Virus record (IMG/VR): IMGVR_UViG_2706794667_000003
Length of the DNA: 7,255 nt
DNA from: a virus
Taxonomy: Duplodnaviria; Heunggongvirae; Uroviricota; Caudoviricetes
Strand: one strand, 5' to 3'
Of this stretch, positions 1 through 7,245 are shown in pieces. The first letter of the stretch is position 1, and each line of letters begins with the position of its first letter. Position numbers and translations under genes: made by a program. Below the pieces are notes generated by a model that was given only the letters and a program-made list of their open reading frames with translations, did no database searches and was not told the DNA's origin.

Positions 1-69
1 CTTTAGAGTAACGTTGGGTTTTTCTGCTCATTATTAGCTCCTTCTGATGCCATTCTATTTCAGGAAGGA

Positions 70-435
70 GTGTCCGTTAAACTCAGGCTACCTCAGTCTG
101 CTGATTTGAGTCGCTACAGTGGCACGGTGGTTAACCGTCCGACGTTTTTTGCTTTTGCAAAAGGCGCGGGTGTGATGGGGGAAGCGGGACCTGAAGCCAT
201 TCTGCCACTGCGTCGCGGTGCTGATGGTAAGCTGGGGGGTGTGGCGGATACTGGTGGTTCAGGCATGGTGATGTTTGCCCCGCAGTACAACATTGAGATC
301 AATAACGATGGCACGAACGGGCAGATAGGTCCGGCTGCCCTGAAGGTGGTTTATGACCTCGGGAAAAAAGCGGCCGCGGACTTTATGCAACAGCAGGCCC
401 GTGATGGTGGCCGGTTAAGTGGAGCATACCGGTAA
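70..435 (+). CDS. H: Tail tape measure protein (lambda gpH-like), C-terminal ~121 codons only; possibly a 3' remnant
   Basis: ORF ends with TAA at 433-435, overlapping the ATG of the gpM homolog (TAATG), the arrangement expected at an H/M junction. Gly-rich C-terminal sequence (GADGKLGGVADTGGSG) is typical of tape measure C-termini. The frame is closed by TAG at 4-6 and all three + frames have stops within nt 1-40, so only the last ~121-143 codons are open. The track start is GTG at 70 with a GGAAGGAG motif immediately adjacent, which is too close for a normal RBS. Confidence 0.55.
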   Translation: MSVKLRLPQSADLSRYSGTVVNRPTFFAFAKGAGVMGEAGPEAILPLRRGADGKLGGVADTGGSGMVMFAPQYNIEINNDGTNGQIGPAALKVVYDLGKKAAADFMQQQARDGGRLSGAYR

Positions 436-764
436 TGGAGACGTTTCACTGGAAAGTGCGCCCGGATATGAATGTGGTATCAGAGCCGAAAGTGGTGACA
501 GTGAAGCTGGGCGATGGTTATGAACAGCGTCGTGCGGCGGGACTGAATAACCAGTTGTCGACTTACAGCGTGAAGATACGTGTTCGTAAAGGTGAACACC
601 CATTTTTAAAAGCCTTTCTGGAACGGCACGGTGGCGTCCGCGCATTTCAGTGGACGCCACCTTATGACTGGAAGCCGATCAGGGTGGTTTGTCGTAAATG
701 GTCGGCAAGCGTGGGGGCGTTGTGGGTAACCATAACGGCAGATTTTGAACAGGTCGTGGCATAG
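435..764 (+). CDS. M: Tail tip assembly protein M (lambda gpM homolog), 109 aa
   Basis: Translation METFHWKVRPDMNVVSEPK...FLERHGG...WTPPYDW...CRKWS...DFEQVVA matches lambda gpM as recalled, with the same length (109 aa). Its start overlaps the H stop, and it sits directly upstream of the L homolog. Confidence 0.9.
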   Translation: METFHWKVRPDMNVVSEPKVVTVKLGDGYEQRRAAGLNNQLSTYSVKIRVRKGEHPFLKAFLERHGGVRAFQWTPPYDWKPIRVVCRKWSASVGALWVTITADFEQVVA

Positions 765-773
765 GAGGCTCTG

Positions 774-1472
774 ATGCAGGATATTCCACAGGAAACACAT
801 CATGAGACGACACGCCTCACTCAGTCAGCCCAGGTGGTGCTCTGGGAAATCGATCTGACAGAGGTCGGTGGTGAACGTTATTTTTTCTGTAATGAGCAGA
901 ACGAAAAAGGTGAGCCGGTTACCTGGCAGGGGCGGCAGTATCAGGCATACCCCATTCAGGGGACGGGATTTGAACTGAACGGCAAGGGCAGTGCTGCCCG
1001 TCCGACACTGACGGTTTCTAACCTGCACGGAATGGTCACCGGGATGGCGGAAGACCTGCAGAGTCTGGTCGGCGGAACGGTGGTCAGGCGTAAGGTTTAC
1101 GCCCGTTTTCTGGATGCGGTGAACTTCGTCAACGGAAACAGCGACGCCGATCCGGAACAGGAGGTGATCAGCCGCTGGCGCATCGAGCAGTGCAGCGAAC
1201 TGAGCGCGGTCAGTGCCTCTTTTGTGCTGGCCACACCAACGGAGACGGATGGCGCGGTTTTCCCGGGGCGTATCATGCTGGCGAATACCTGTATGTGGAC
1301 TTACCGTTCTGATGAGTGTGGTTACACGGGCAGGGCAGTGGCTGACGAGTTCGACAAACCAACGACGGATATCCGGAAGGACAAATGCAGCAAGTGTATG
1401 CGCGGGTGTGAGTTGCGCAACAATACCGGTAATTTCGGCGGTTTCCTTTCCATCAATAAACTTTCTCAGTAA
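774..1472 (+). CDS. L: Tail tip protein L (lambda gpL homolog), 232 aa, with C-terminal Cys cluster
   Basis: Translation MQDIPQET...VVLWEIDLTEVGGERYFFCNEQNEKGEPVTWQGRQYQAYPIQGTGFELNGKG...FGGFLSINKLSQ is nearly identical to lambda gpL as recalled, with the same length. AGGAGG lies 5-10 nt upstream of the ATG. Cysteines in CMWTYRSDECGY...DKCSKCMRGCE are consistent with the Fe-S cluster site described for gpL. Confidence 0.9.
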   Translation: MQDIPQETHHETTRLTQSAQVVLWEIDLTEVGGERYFFCNEQNEKGEPVTWQGRQYQAYPIQGTGFELNGKGSAARPTLTVSNLHGMVTGMAEDLQSLVGGTVVRRKVYARFLDAVNFVNGNSDADPEQEVISRWRIEQCSELSAVSASFVLATPTETDGAVFPGRIMLANTCMWTYRSDECGYTGRAVADEFDKPTTDIRKDKCSKCMRGCELRNNTGNFGGFLSINKLSQ

Positions 1473-1476
1473 ATCC

Positions 1477-2220
1477 ATGACACAGACAGAATCAGCGATT
1501 CTGGCGCACGCCCGGCGATGTGCGCCAGCGGAGTCGTGTGGCTTCGTGGTAAGAACGCCGGAGGGAGACAGGTATCTTCCCAGCGAGAATATCTCCGGTG
1601 AGCCGGAGGAACGGTTCCGGATGGCTCCGGAGGACTGGCTGCGGGCACAAATGCAGGGTGAGATTGTGGCGCTGGTCCACAGTCATCCCGGTGGTCTGCC
1701 CTGGCTGAGTGAGGCTGACCGGCGGCTGCAGGTGCAGAGTGATTTGCCGTGGTGGCTGGTCTGCCGGGGGGCGATTCACAAGTTCCGCTGTGTGCCACAT
1801 CTTACCGGGCGGCGCTTTGAGCACGGGGTGACGGACTGTTACACGCTGTTCCGGGATGCTTATCATCTGGCAGGGATTGAGATGCCGGATTTTCATCGCG
1901 GGGATGACTGGTGGCGTAACGGTCAGAATCTCTATCTTGACAATATGGAGGTGACGGGTTTTTACCGTGTCGCACTGACAGAGGCACAGCCGGGCGATGT
2001 GCTGCTGTGCTGTTTTGGTTCATCGGTGCCGAATCATGCCGCCATTTACTGCGGTGACGGCGGGCTGCTGCACCATATTCCTGAACAACTGAGCAAACGA
2101 GAGAGGTACACCGACAAATGGCAGCGACGCACACACTCCCTCTGGCGTCACCGGGCATGGCGCGCATCTGCCTTTACGGGGATTTACAACGATTTGGTCG
2201 CCGCATCGACCTTCGTGTGA
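1477..2220 (+). CDS. K: Tail tip assembly protein K (lambda gpK homolog), JAB/MPN metalloprotease-like N-domain plus NlpC/P60-like C-domain; long form 247 aa
   Basis: ATG at 1477 lies 5 nt after the L stop and gives MTQTESAILAHARRCAPAESCGFVV... The JAMM-like motif HSHPGG...SEAD (in EIVALVHSHPGGLPWLSEAD) is present. The C-terminal half carries an NlpC/P60-like Cys/His set (TDCYTLF ... NHAAIY ... LHHI). An alternative in-frame ATG at 1621 (MAPEDW...) would give the 199-aa form matching the classical lambda K annotation as I recall it. The 3' 103 nt overlap gene I in another frame. Confidence 0.8.
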   Translation: MTQTESAILAHARRCAPAESCGFVVRTPEGDRYLPSENISGEPEERFRMAPEDWLRAQMQGEIVALVHSHPGGLPWLSEADRRLQVQSDLPWWLVCRGAIHKFRCVPHLTGRRFEHGVTDCYTLFRDAYHLAGIEMPDFHRGDDWWRNGQNLYLDNMEVTGFYRVALTEAQPGDVLLCCFGSSVPNHAAIYCGDGGLLHHIPEQLSKRERYTDKWQRRTHSLWRHRAWRASAFTGIYNDLVAASTFV

Positions 2221-2562
2221 AAACGGGGGCTGAAGCCATCCGGGCACTGGCCACACAGCTCCCGGCGTTTCGTCAGAAACTGAGTGACGGCTGGTATCAG
2301 GTGCGCATTGCCGGGCGTGATGCAGGTGAAACCGAATTGTCTGCCCGTCNNNNNNNNNNNNNNNNNNNNNNNNNNNNNNNNNNNNNNNNNNNNNNNNNNN
2401 NNNNNNNNNNCGTATTTCTCGTCACTGGATAACATGGTTGCCCAGGGCAATGTTCTGCCCGTTCTGTACGGTGAAATGCGCGTGGGGTCACGTGTGGTTT
2501 CTCAGGAGATCAGCACGGCAGACGAAGGGGATGGTGGTCAGGTTGTGGTGATTGGTCGCTGA
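2118..2562 (+). CDS. I: Tail tip assembly protein I (lambda gpI homolog), interrupted by a 61-nt N run; N- and C-terminal segments are in different frames as given
   Basis: N-terminal segment 2118-2349 translates MAATHTLPLASPGMARICLYGDLQRFGRRIDLRVKTGAEAIRALATQLPAFRQKLSDGWYQVRIAGRD..., matching lambda gpI as recalled. C-terminal segment 2411-2562 translates ...YFSSLDNMVAQGNVLPVLYGEMRVGSRVVSQEISTADEGDGGQVVVIGR*, matching the gpI C-terminus. The two segments are offset by one frame, so the N run does not preserve length. The start is embedded in the 3' end of K, as in lambda. Confidence 0.75.
2350..2410. other. Run of 61 ambiguous bases (N): assembly gap or masked segment inside gene I
   Basis: Direct observation of n characters from 2350 to 2410. 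Flanking coding frames differ (start at 2118 is frame 0, stop at 2560-2562 is in frame 1). Confidence 0.95.
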
Positions 2563-2580
2563 TGCAAAATGTTTTATGTG

Positions 2581-2608
2581 AAACCGCCTGCGGGCGGTTT
2601 TGTCGTTT
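2581..2608 (+). terminator. Intergenic hairpin between I and J (AAACCGCC-TGCG-GGCGGTTT followed by a T-rich tract); candidate intrinsic terminator or attenuator, or mRNA stabilising stem-loop
   Basis: Perfect 8-bp inverted repeat with a 4-nt loop, followed by TTTTGTCGTTT, in the 60-nt I-J spacer. The J RBS (GAGGA at 2615-2619) follows. Confidence 0.4.
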
Positions 2609-2622
2609 ATGGAGCGTGAGGA

Positions 2623-5600
2623 ATGGGTAAAGGCAGCAGTAAGGGGCATACCCCGCGCGAAGCGAAGGACAACCTGAAATCCACGCAGTTGCTGAGTGTG
2701 ATTGATGCCATCAGCGAAGGGCCGGTTGACGGTCCGGTGGATGGATTAAAAAGCGTGCTGCTGAACGGTACGCCGGTCCTGGACAGCGAGGGGAAGACAA
2801 ACTTTTCCGGTGTTACGGTGGTGTTCCGTGCAGGTGAGCAGGAGCAGACACCGCCGGAGGGTTTTGAATCCTCCGGCTCCGAGACGGTGCTGGGTACGGA
2901 AGTGAAATATGACACGCCGATCACCCGGACCATCACGTCGGCAAACATCGACCGTCTGCGCCTGACCTTCGGTGTGCAGGCACTGGTGGAAACCACCTCA
3001 AAGGGTGACCGGAATCCGTCGGAAGTCCGCCTGCTGGTTCAGATACAGCGTAACGGTGGCTGGGTGACGGAAAAAGACATCACCATTAAGGGCAAAACCA
3101 CTTCGCAGTATCTGGCCTCGGTGGTGGTGGGTAACCTGCCGCCGCGCCCGTTTAATATCCGGATGCGCAGGATGACACCGGACAGCACCACAGACCAGCT
3201 GCAGAACAAAACGCTCTGGTCGTCGTACACCGAAATCATCGATGTGAAACAGTGCTACCCGAACACGGCGCTGGTCGGCGTGCAGGTGGATTCAGAGCAG
3301 TTCGGTAACCAGCAGGTGAGTCGCAATTATCATCTTCGCGGGCGCATTCTGCAGGTGCCGTCGAACTATAACCCGCAGACGCGGCAATACAGCGGTATCT
3401 GGGACGGAACGCTTAAGCCAGCATACAGCAACAACATGGCCTGGTGTCTGTGGGACATGCTCACTCATCCGCGCTACGGCATGGGGAAACGTCTTGGTGC
3501 GGCAGATGTGGACAAATGGGCGCTGTATGTCATCGGCCAGTACTGCGACCAGTCAGTGACGGACGGATTTGGCGGCACGGAGCCGCGCATCACCTGTAAC
3601 TCTTACCTGACCACACAGCGTAAGGCGTGGGATGTTCTCAGTGATTTCTGCTCGGCGATGCGCTGTATGCCGGTATGGAACGGACAGATGCTGACGTTCG
3701 TGCAGGACCGACCGTCGGATAAGGTGTGGACCTATAACCGCAGTAATGTGGTGATGCCGGACGATGGCGCGCCGTTCCGCTACAGCTTCAGCGCCCTGAA
3801 GGACCGCCATAATGCCGTTGAGGTGAACTGGATTGACCCAGATAACGGCTGGGAGACGGCGACAGAGCTTGTGGAGGATACGCAGGCCATTGCCCGTTAC
3901 GGTCGTAATGTCACGAAGATGGATGCCTTTGGCTGTACCAGCCGGGGGCAGGCACACCGAGCCGGGCTGTGGCTGATTAAAACGGAACTGCTGGAAACGC
4001 AGACCGTGGACTTCAGCGTGGGCGCAGAAGGGCTTCGCCATGTACCGGGTGATGTCATTGAAATCTGCGATGATGATTATGCCGGTATCAGCACCGGTGG
4101 TCGCGTACTGGCGGTGAACAGCCAGACCCGGACGCTGACGCTCGACCGTGAAATCACGCTGCCGTCCTCCGGTACCACGCTGATAAGCCTGGTTGACGGA
4201 AGTGGCAATCCGGTCAGCGTGGAGGTCCAGTCCGTCACCGACGGCGTGAAGGTGAAAGTGAGCCGGGTTCCTGACGGCGTTGCAGAATACAGCGTGTGGG
4301 GGCTGAAGCTGCCGACGCTGCGCCAGCGTCTGTTCCGCTGCGTGAGTATCCGTGAGAACGACGACGGCACGTATGCCATCACCGCCGTGCAGCATGTGCC
4401 GGAAAAAGAGGCCATCGTGGATAACGGGGCACACTTTGACGGTGACCGGCGCGGCACGGTGAATGGTGTCACGCCGCCAGCGGTGCAGCATCTGACCGCC
4501 GAAGTCACCGCAGACAGCGGGGAATATCAGGTGCTGGCGCGATGGGACACGCCGAAGGTGGTGAAGGGTGTGAGCTTCCTGCTTCGCCTGACCGTGGCAG
4601 CGGACGACGGCAGTGAGCGGCTGGTCAGCACAGCCAGGACGACGGAAACCACATACCGCTTCAGGCAGCTGGCGCTGGGGAATTACAGTCTGACAGTCCG
4701 GGCGGTAAATGCCCGGGGGCAGCAGGGCGATCCGGCGTCGGTATCGTTCCGGATTGCGGCACCGGCAGCGCCTGTCACTATTGAACTGATACCGGGGTAT
4801 TTTCAGATAACGGCGGTCCCGAAACTGGCTGTATATGACCCGACGGTGCAGTTTGAGTTCTGGTTTTCGGAAAAGCGGATTGCGGATATCAGGCAGGTTG
4901 AAACCAGCGCCCGCTATCTTGGCACGGCGCTGTACTGGATAGCCGCCAGTATCAATATCAGGCCGGGCCATGATTATTATTTTTACGTTCGCAGTGTGAA
5001 CACCGTTGGCAAATCGGCATTTGTGGAGGCCATCGGTCGGGCGAGCGATGATGCAGAAGGTTATCTGAATTTTTATAAAGGGTTGATCAATAAAACGCAT
5101 CTCGGCAAGGAGTTGTGGACGCAGATTGATAACGGTCAGCTTGCGCCGGACCTGACTGAAATCAGGACGTCCATTACGAATGTCAGCAATGAAATCACGC
5201 AAACCGTCAATAAAAAACTGGAAAATCAGAGTGCTGCAATCCAGCAGATACAGAAAGTTCAGGTTGATACAAATAATAACCTGAACAGCATGTGGGCTGT
5301 GAAGCTGCAACAGATGAAGGACGGACGCCTTTATATTGCGGGTATCGGTGCCGGTATTGAGAATACGCCAGCAGGAATGCAGAGTCAGGTGCTGCTGGCG
5401 GCAGACAGGATTGCGATGATTAATCCTGCGAATGGCAACACAAAGCCGATGTTTGTTGGTCAGGGCGATCAGATATTCATGAACGACGTGTTCCTGAAAT
5501 GCCTGACGGCTCCGACCATTACCAGCGGCGGTAATCCTCCGGCATTTTCCCTGACACCTGGCGGACGGCTGACGGCGAAAAATGCCGATATCAGCGGTAA

Positions 5601-6102
5601 CGTGAACGCGAACTCCGGGACGCTCAACAACGTCACGATTAATAAGAACTGTCGGGTTCTGGGAAAATTGTCCGCGAACCAGATTGAAGGCGATCTCGTT
5701 AAAACAGTGGGCAAACCTTTCCCACGGGACTCCCGGGCACCGGAGAGGTGGCCATCAGGGACCATTACCGTCAGGGTTTATGACGATCAGCCGTTTGATC
5801 GGCAAATTGTTATTCCCGCGGTGGCGTTTCGCGGTGCTAAACATGAGCGGAAGAATAACAATATTTATTCGTCATGCCGCCTGATAGTGAAGAAAAACGG
5901 TGCTGAAATTTATAACCGAACGACCCTGGATAATACGCTGATATATACGGGTGTTATTGATATGCCTGCCGGTCACGGTCACATGACGCTGGAGTTTTCT
6001 GTATCGGCATGGCTGGTAAATGGCTGGTATCCCACAGCAAGTATCAGCGATTTGCTGGTTGTGGTGATGAAGAAAGCCACTGCAGGCATCACGATTAGCT
6101 GA
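2623..6102 (+). CDS. J: Tail tip host-specificity / central tail fibre protein J (lambda gpJ homolog), 1159 aa, with divergent C-terminal receptor-binding region
   Basis: Translation [54 protein letters not shown]... is near-identical to lambda gpJ as recalled over roughly the first 800 aa. GAGGA RBS lies 4 nt upstream of the ATG. Length is similar to lambda J (about 1130 aa). The last ~350 aa keep only islands of similarity ([58 protein letters not shown]). Confidence 0.92.
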   Translation: MGKGSSKGHTPREAKDNLKSTQLLSVIDAISEGPVDGPVDGLKSVLLNGTPVLDSEGKTNFSGVTVVFRAGEQEQTPPEGFESSGSETVLGTEVKYDTPITRTITSANIDRLRLTFGVQALVETTSKGDRNPSEVRLLVQIQRNGGWVTEKDITIKGKTTSQYLASVVVGNLPPRPFNIRMRRMTPDSTTDQLQNKTLWSSYTEIIDVKQCYPNTALVGVQVDSEQFGNQQVSRNYHLRGRILQVPSNYNPQTRQYSGIWDGTLKPAYSNNMAWCLWDMLTHPRYGMGKRLGAADVDKWALYVIGQYCDQSVTDGFGGTEPRITCNSYLTTQRKAWDVLSDFCSAMRCMPVWNGQMLTFVQDRPSDKVWTYNRSNVVMPDDGAPFRYSFSALKDRHNAVEVNWIDPDNGWETATELVEDTQAIARYGRNVTKMDAFGCTSRGQAHRAGLWLIKTELLETQTVDFSVGAEGLRHVPGDVIEICDDDYAGISTGGRVLAVNSQTRTLTLDREITLPSSGTTLISLVDGSGNPVSVEVQSVTDGVKVKVSRVPDGVAEYSVWGLKLPTLRQRLFRCVSIRENDDGTYAITAVQHVPEKEAIVDNGAHFDGDRRGTVNGVTPPAVQHLTAEVTADSGEYQVLARWDTPKVVKGVSFLLRLTVAADDGSERLVSTARTTETTYRFRQLALGNYSLTVRAVNARGQQGDPASVSFRIAAPAAPVTIELIPGYFQITAVPKLAVYDPTVQFEFWFSEKRIADIRQVETSARYLGTALYWIAASINIRPGHDYYFYVRSVNTVGKSAFVEAIGRASDDAEGYLNFYKGLINKTHLGKELWTQIDNGQLAPDLTEIRTSITNVSNEITQTVNKKLENQSAAIQQIQKVQVDTNNNLNSMWAVKLQQMKDGRLYIAGIGAGIENTPAGMQSQVLLAADRIAMINPANGNTKPMFVGQGDQIFMNDVFLKCLTAPTITSGGNPPAFSLTPGGRLTAKNADISGNVNANSGTLNNVTINKNCRVLGKLSANQIEGDLVKTVGKPFPRDSRAPERWPSGTITVRVYDDQPFDRQIVIPAVAFRGAKHERKNNNIYSSCRLIVKKNGAEIYNRTTLDNTLIYTGVIDMPAGHGHMTLEFSVSAWLVNGWYPTASISDLLVVVMKKATAGITIS

Positions 6103-6120
6103 ATTTTATAACCCAGATAC

Positions 6121-6148
6121 GGGCACCAGAAATGGTGCCTTTTTTATT
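6121..6148 (+). terminator. Rho-independent terminator downstream of J
   Basis: Stem GGCACC (6122-6127) / GGTGCC (6134-6139) with loop AGAAAT, immediately followed by TTTTTTATT. It lies 19 nt after the J stop. Confidence 0.6.
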
Positions 6149-6169
6149 GCAGAAAAGCGAGAGGTAATT

Positions 6170-6769
6170 ATGCGTAAAGTTTGTGCAGCCATTTTGTCCG
6201 CAGCCATCTGTCTGGCCGTATCCGGTGCGCCTGCATGGGCGTCTGAACATCAGTCCACGCTGAGCGCCGGGTATCTTCAGACCCATACTGATATGCCAGG
6301 CAGCGATGACCTGAAGGGCATTAACGTGAAATACCGTTATGAGTTTACGGACACGCTGGGGCTGATTACGTCATTCAGTTATGCCAACGCTGAAGATGAG
6401 CAAAAAACGCATTACAGCGATACCCGCTGGCATGAGGATTCCGTGCGTAACCGCTGGTTCAGCGTGATGGCGGGGCCGTCTGTGCGCGTGAATGAATGGT
6501 TCAGCGCGTATGCGATGGCGGGCGTGGCTTACAGCCGTGTGTCGACCTTCTCCGGGGATTATCTCCGCGTAACTGACAACAAGGGGAAAACGCACGATGT
6601 GCTGACCGGAAGTGATGGCGGTCGCCACAGCAACACGTCTCTGGCGTGGGGGGCTGGCGTGCAGTTTAACCCGACCGAATCCGTGGCCATTGACCTTGCT
6701 TATGAAGGTTCCGGCAGTGGTGACTGGCGCACTGACGGTTTCATCGTGGGTGTCGGTTATAAGTTCTGA
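6170..6769 (+). CDS. lom: Lom outer membrane protein (Ail/Lom/PagC/OmpX family beta-barrel), 199 aa; lysogenic-conversion moron
   Basis: N-terminal signal peptide MRKVCAAILSAAICLAVSGAPAWA. C-terminus ...AYEGSGSGDWRTDGFIVGVGYKF ends in the Phe typical of beta-barrel OMPs and matches the lambda Lom C-terminus as recalled. GAGAGG RBS lies 7 nt upstream. The gene is flanked by hairpin terminators and sits at the lambda lom position between J and stf. Confidence 0.9.
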   Translation: MRKVCAAILSAAICLAVSGAPAWASEHQSTLSAGYLQTHTDMPGSDDLKGINVKYRYEFTDTLGLITSFSYANAEDEQKTHYSDTRWHEDSVRNRWFSVMAGPSVRVNEWFSAYAMAGVAYSRVSTFSGDYLRVTDNKGKTHDVLTGSDGGRHSNTSLAWGAGVQFNPTESVAIDLAYEGSGSGDWRTDGFIVGVGYKF

Positions 6770-6796
6770 TTAGCCAGGTAACACAGTGTTATGACT

Positions 6797-6822
6797 GCCC
6801 GCTGGTTCAGGCGGGCTTTTTG
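6797..6822 (+). terminator. Rho-independent terminator downstream of lom
   Basis: Stem GCCCGC (6797-6802) / GCGGGC (6811-6816) with loop TGGTTCAG, followed by TTTTTG. Confidence 0.6.
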
Positions 6823-6832
6823 TGGGGTGAAT

Positions 6833-7159
6833 ATGGCAGTAAAGATTTCAGGTGTACTGAAAGATGGGGCGGGTAAACCTGTCGTAAATTGTGCGATTGA
6901 ACTGCGGGCCAGAAGAACCAGTCCGACCGTTGTGGCACACGTTGTTGCCACTTGCGTGACGGACAATAACGGTGCTTATGTGATTGAGGCTGAGCCGGGG
7001 TATTACGAGGTTGCGCTTCACTGTAACGGCTGGCAGCCAACCCGTGTCGGGGATATTGATGTGGCACCGACTGATGCACCGGGGACACTGAACGCGTTTC
7101 TGAATGCACCAAAGGATGGTGATTTACGTCCGGAGGTGATGAAGTGTCAGCGCCAGTGA
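6833..7159 (+). CDS. stf: Side tail fibre protein, N-terminal domain only (lambda Stf / orf-401 N-terminus homolog), 108 aa; truncated or recombined relative to full-length stf
   Basis: Translation MAVKISGVLKDGAGKPVVNCAIELRARR... matches the lambda Stf N-terminus (MAVKISGVLKDGTGKPVQNC... as recalled). Similarity continues to ...PGTLNAFL...RPEV, then the ORF ends (MKCQRQ*) at 7157-7159. GGGGTGA RBS lies 5-6 nt upstream of the ATG at 6833. The upstream in-frame ATG at 6791 lies inside the lom terminator hairpin and is unlikely to be the start. Confidence 0.65.
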   Translation: MAVKISGVLKDGAGKPVVNCAIELRARRTSPTVVAHVVATCVTDNNGAYVIEAEPGYYEVALHCNGWQPTRVGDIDVAPTDAPGTLNAFLNAPKDGDLRPEVMKCQRQ

Positions 7160-7245
7160 TATAAGACGGTAATTCGCCATTTGGATTGTCCGCTCCACCC
7201 AACATGTTGTTTCCTTAAGGTTCTCACACCAGAAAGGACATCAAC

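Noticed and set aside
1213-1476. Track ORF for K extended upstream to 1213, overlapping L
   Set aside because: This is just the open frame upstream of the K start. The portion before 1477 overlaps the well-supported L coding frame, and ATG at 1477 right after the L stop is the sensible start.
825-1478. 217-aa minus-strand ORF covering the whole of gene L
   Set aside because: Same codon-aligned antisense artefact as in J; the L homolog is strongly supported on the + strand.
1466-2256. Several 78-134 aa minus-strand ORFs across gene K
   Set aside because: They lie antisense to a well-supported gene and have Pro/Arg/Ala-rich, low-complexity translations typical of GC-rich antisense frames.
3553-5310. 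585-aa ORF on the minus strand inside J
   Set aside because: It is exactly codon-aligned antisense to J (its codons are reverse complements of J codons). Antisense stops correspond to sense TTA, CTA and TCA codons, which J avoids in this region, so the open frame is a codon-usage artefact. It has no independent RBS or start context.
5469-5884. Short ORFs (98 aa minus strand, 66 aa plus strand) inside the 3' part of J
   Set aside because: They are embedded in the J coding frame, and the J frame shows conserved islands through this region. No evidence supports nested genes.
6040-6169. Possible sigma70 promoter for lom (TTGCTG near 6052, TATAAC near 6107)
   Set aside because: The hexamers are weak and badly spaced, and any transcript starting there would immediately meet the terminator at 6121-6148. 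Not supportable from sequence alone.
6791-6832. Upstream in-frame ATG (6791) for the stf fragment
   Set aside because: The added 14 codons (MTARWFRRAFCGVN) span the lom terminator hairpin. The conserved Stf N-terminus begins at MAVKISGV (6833), which has its own RBS.
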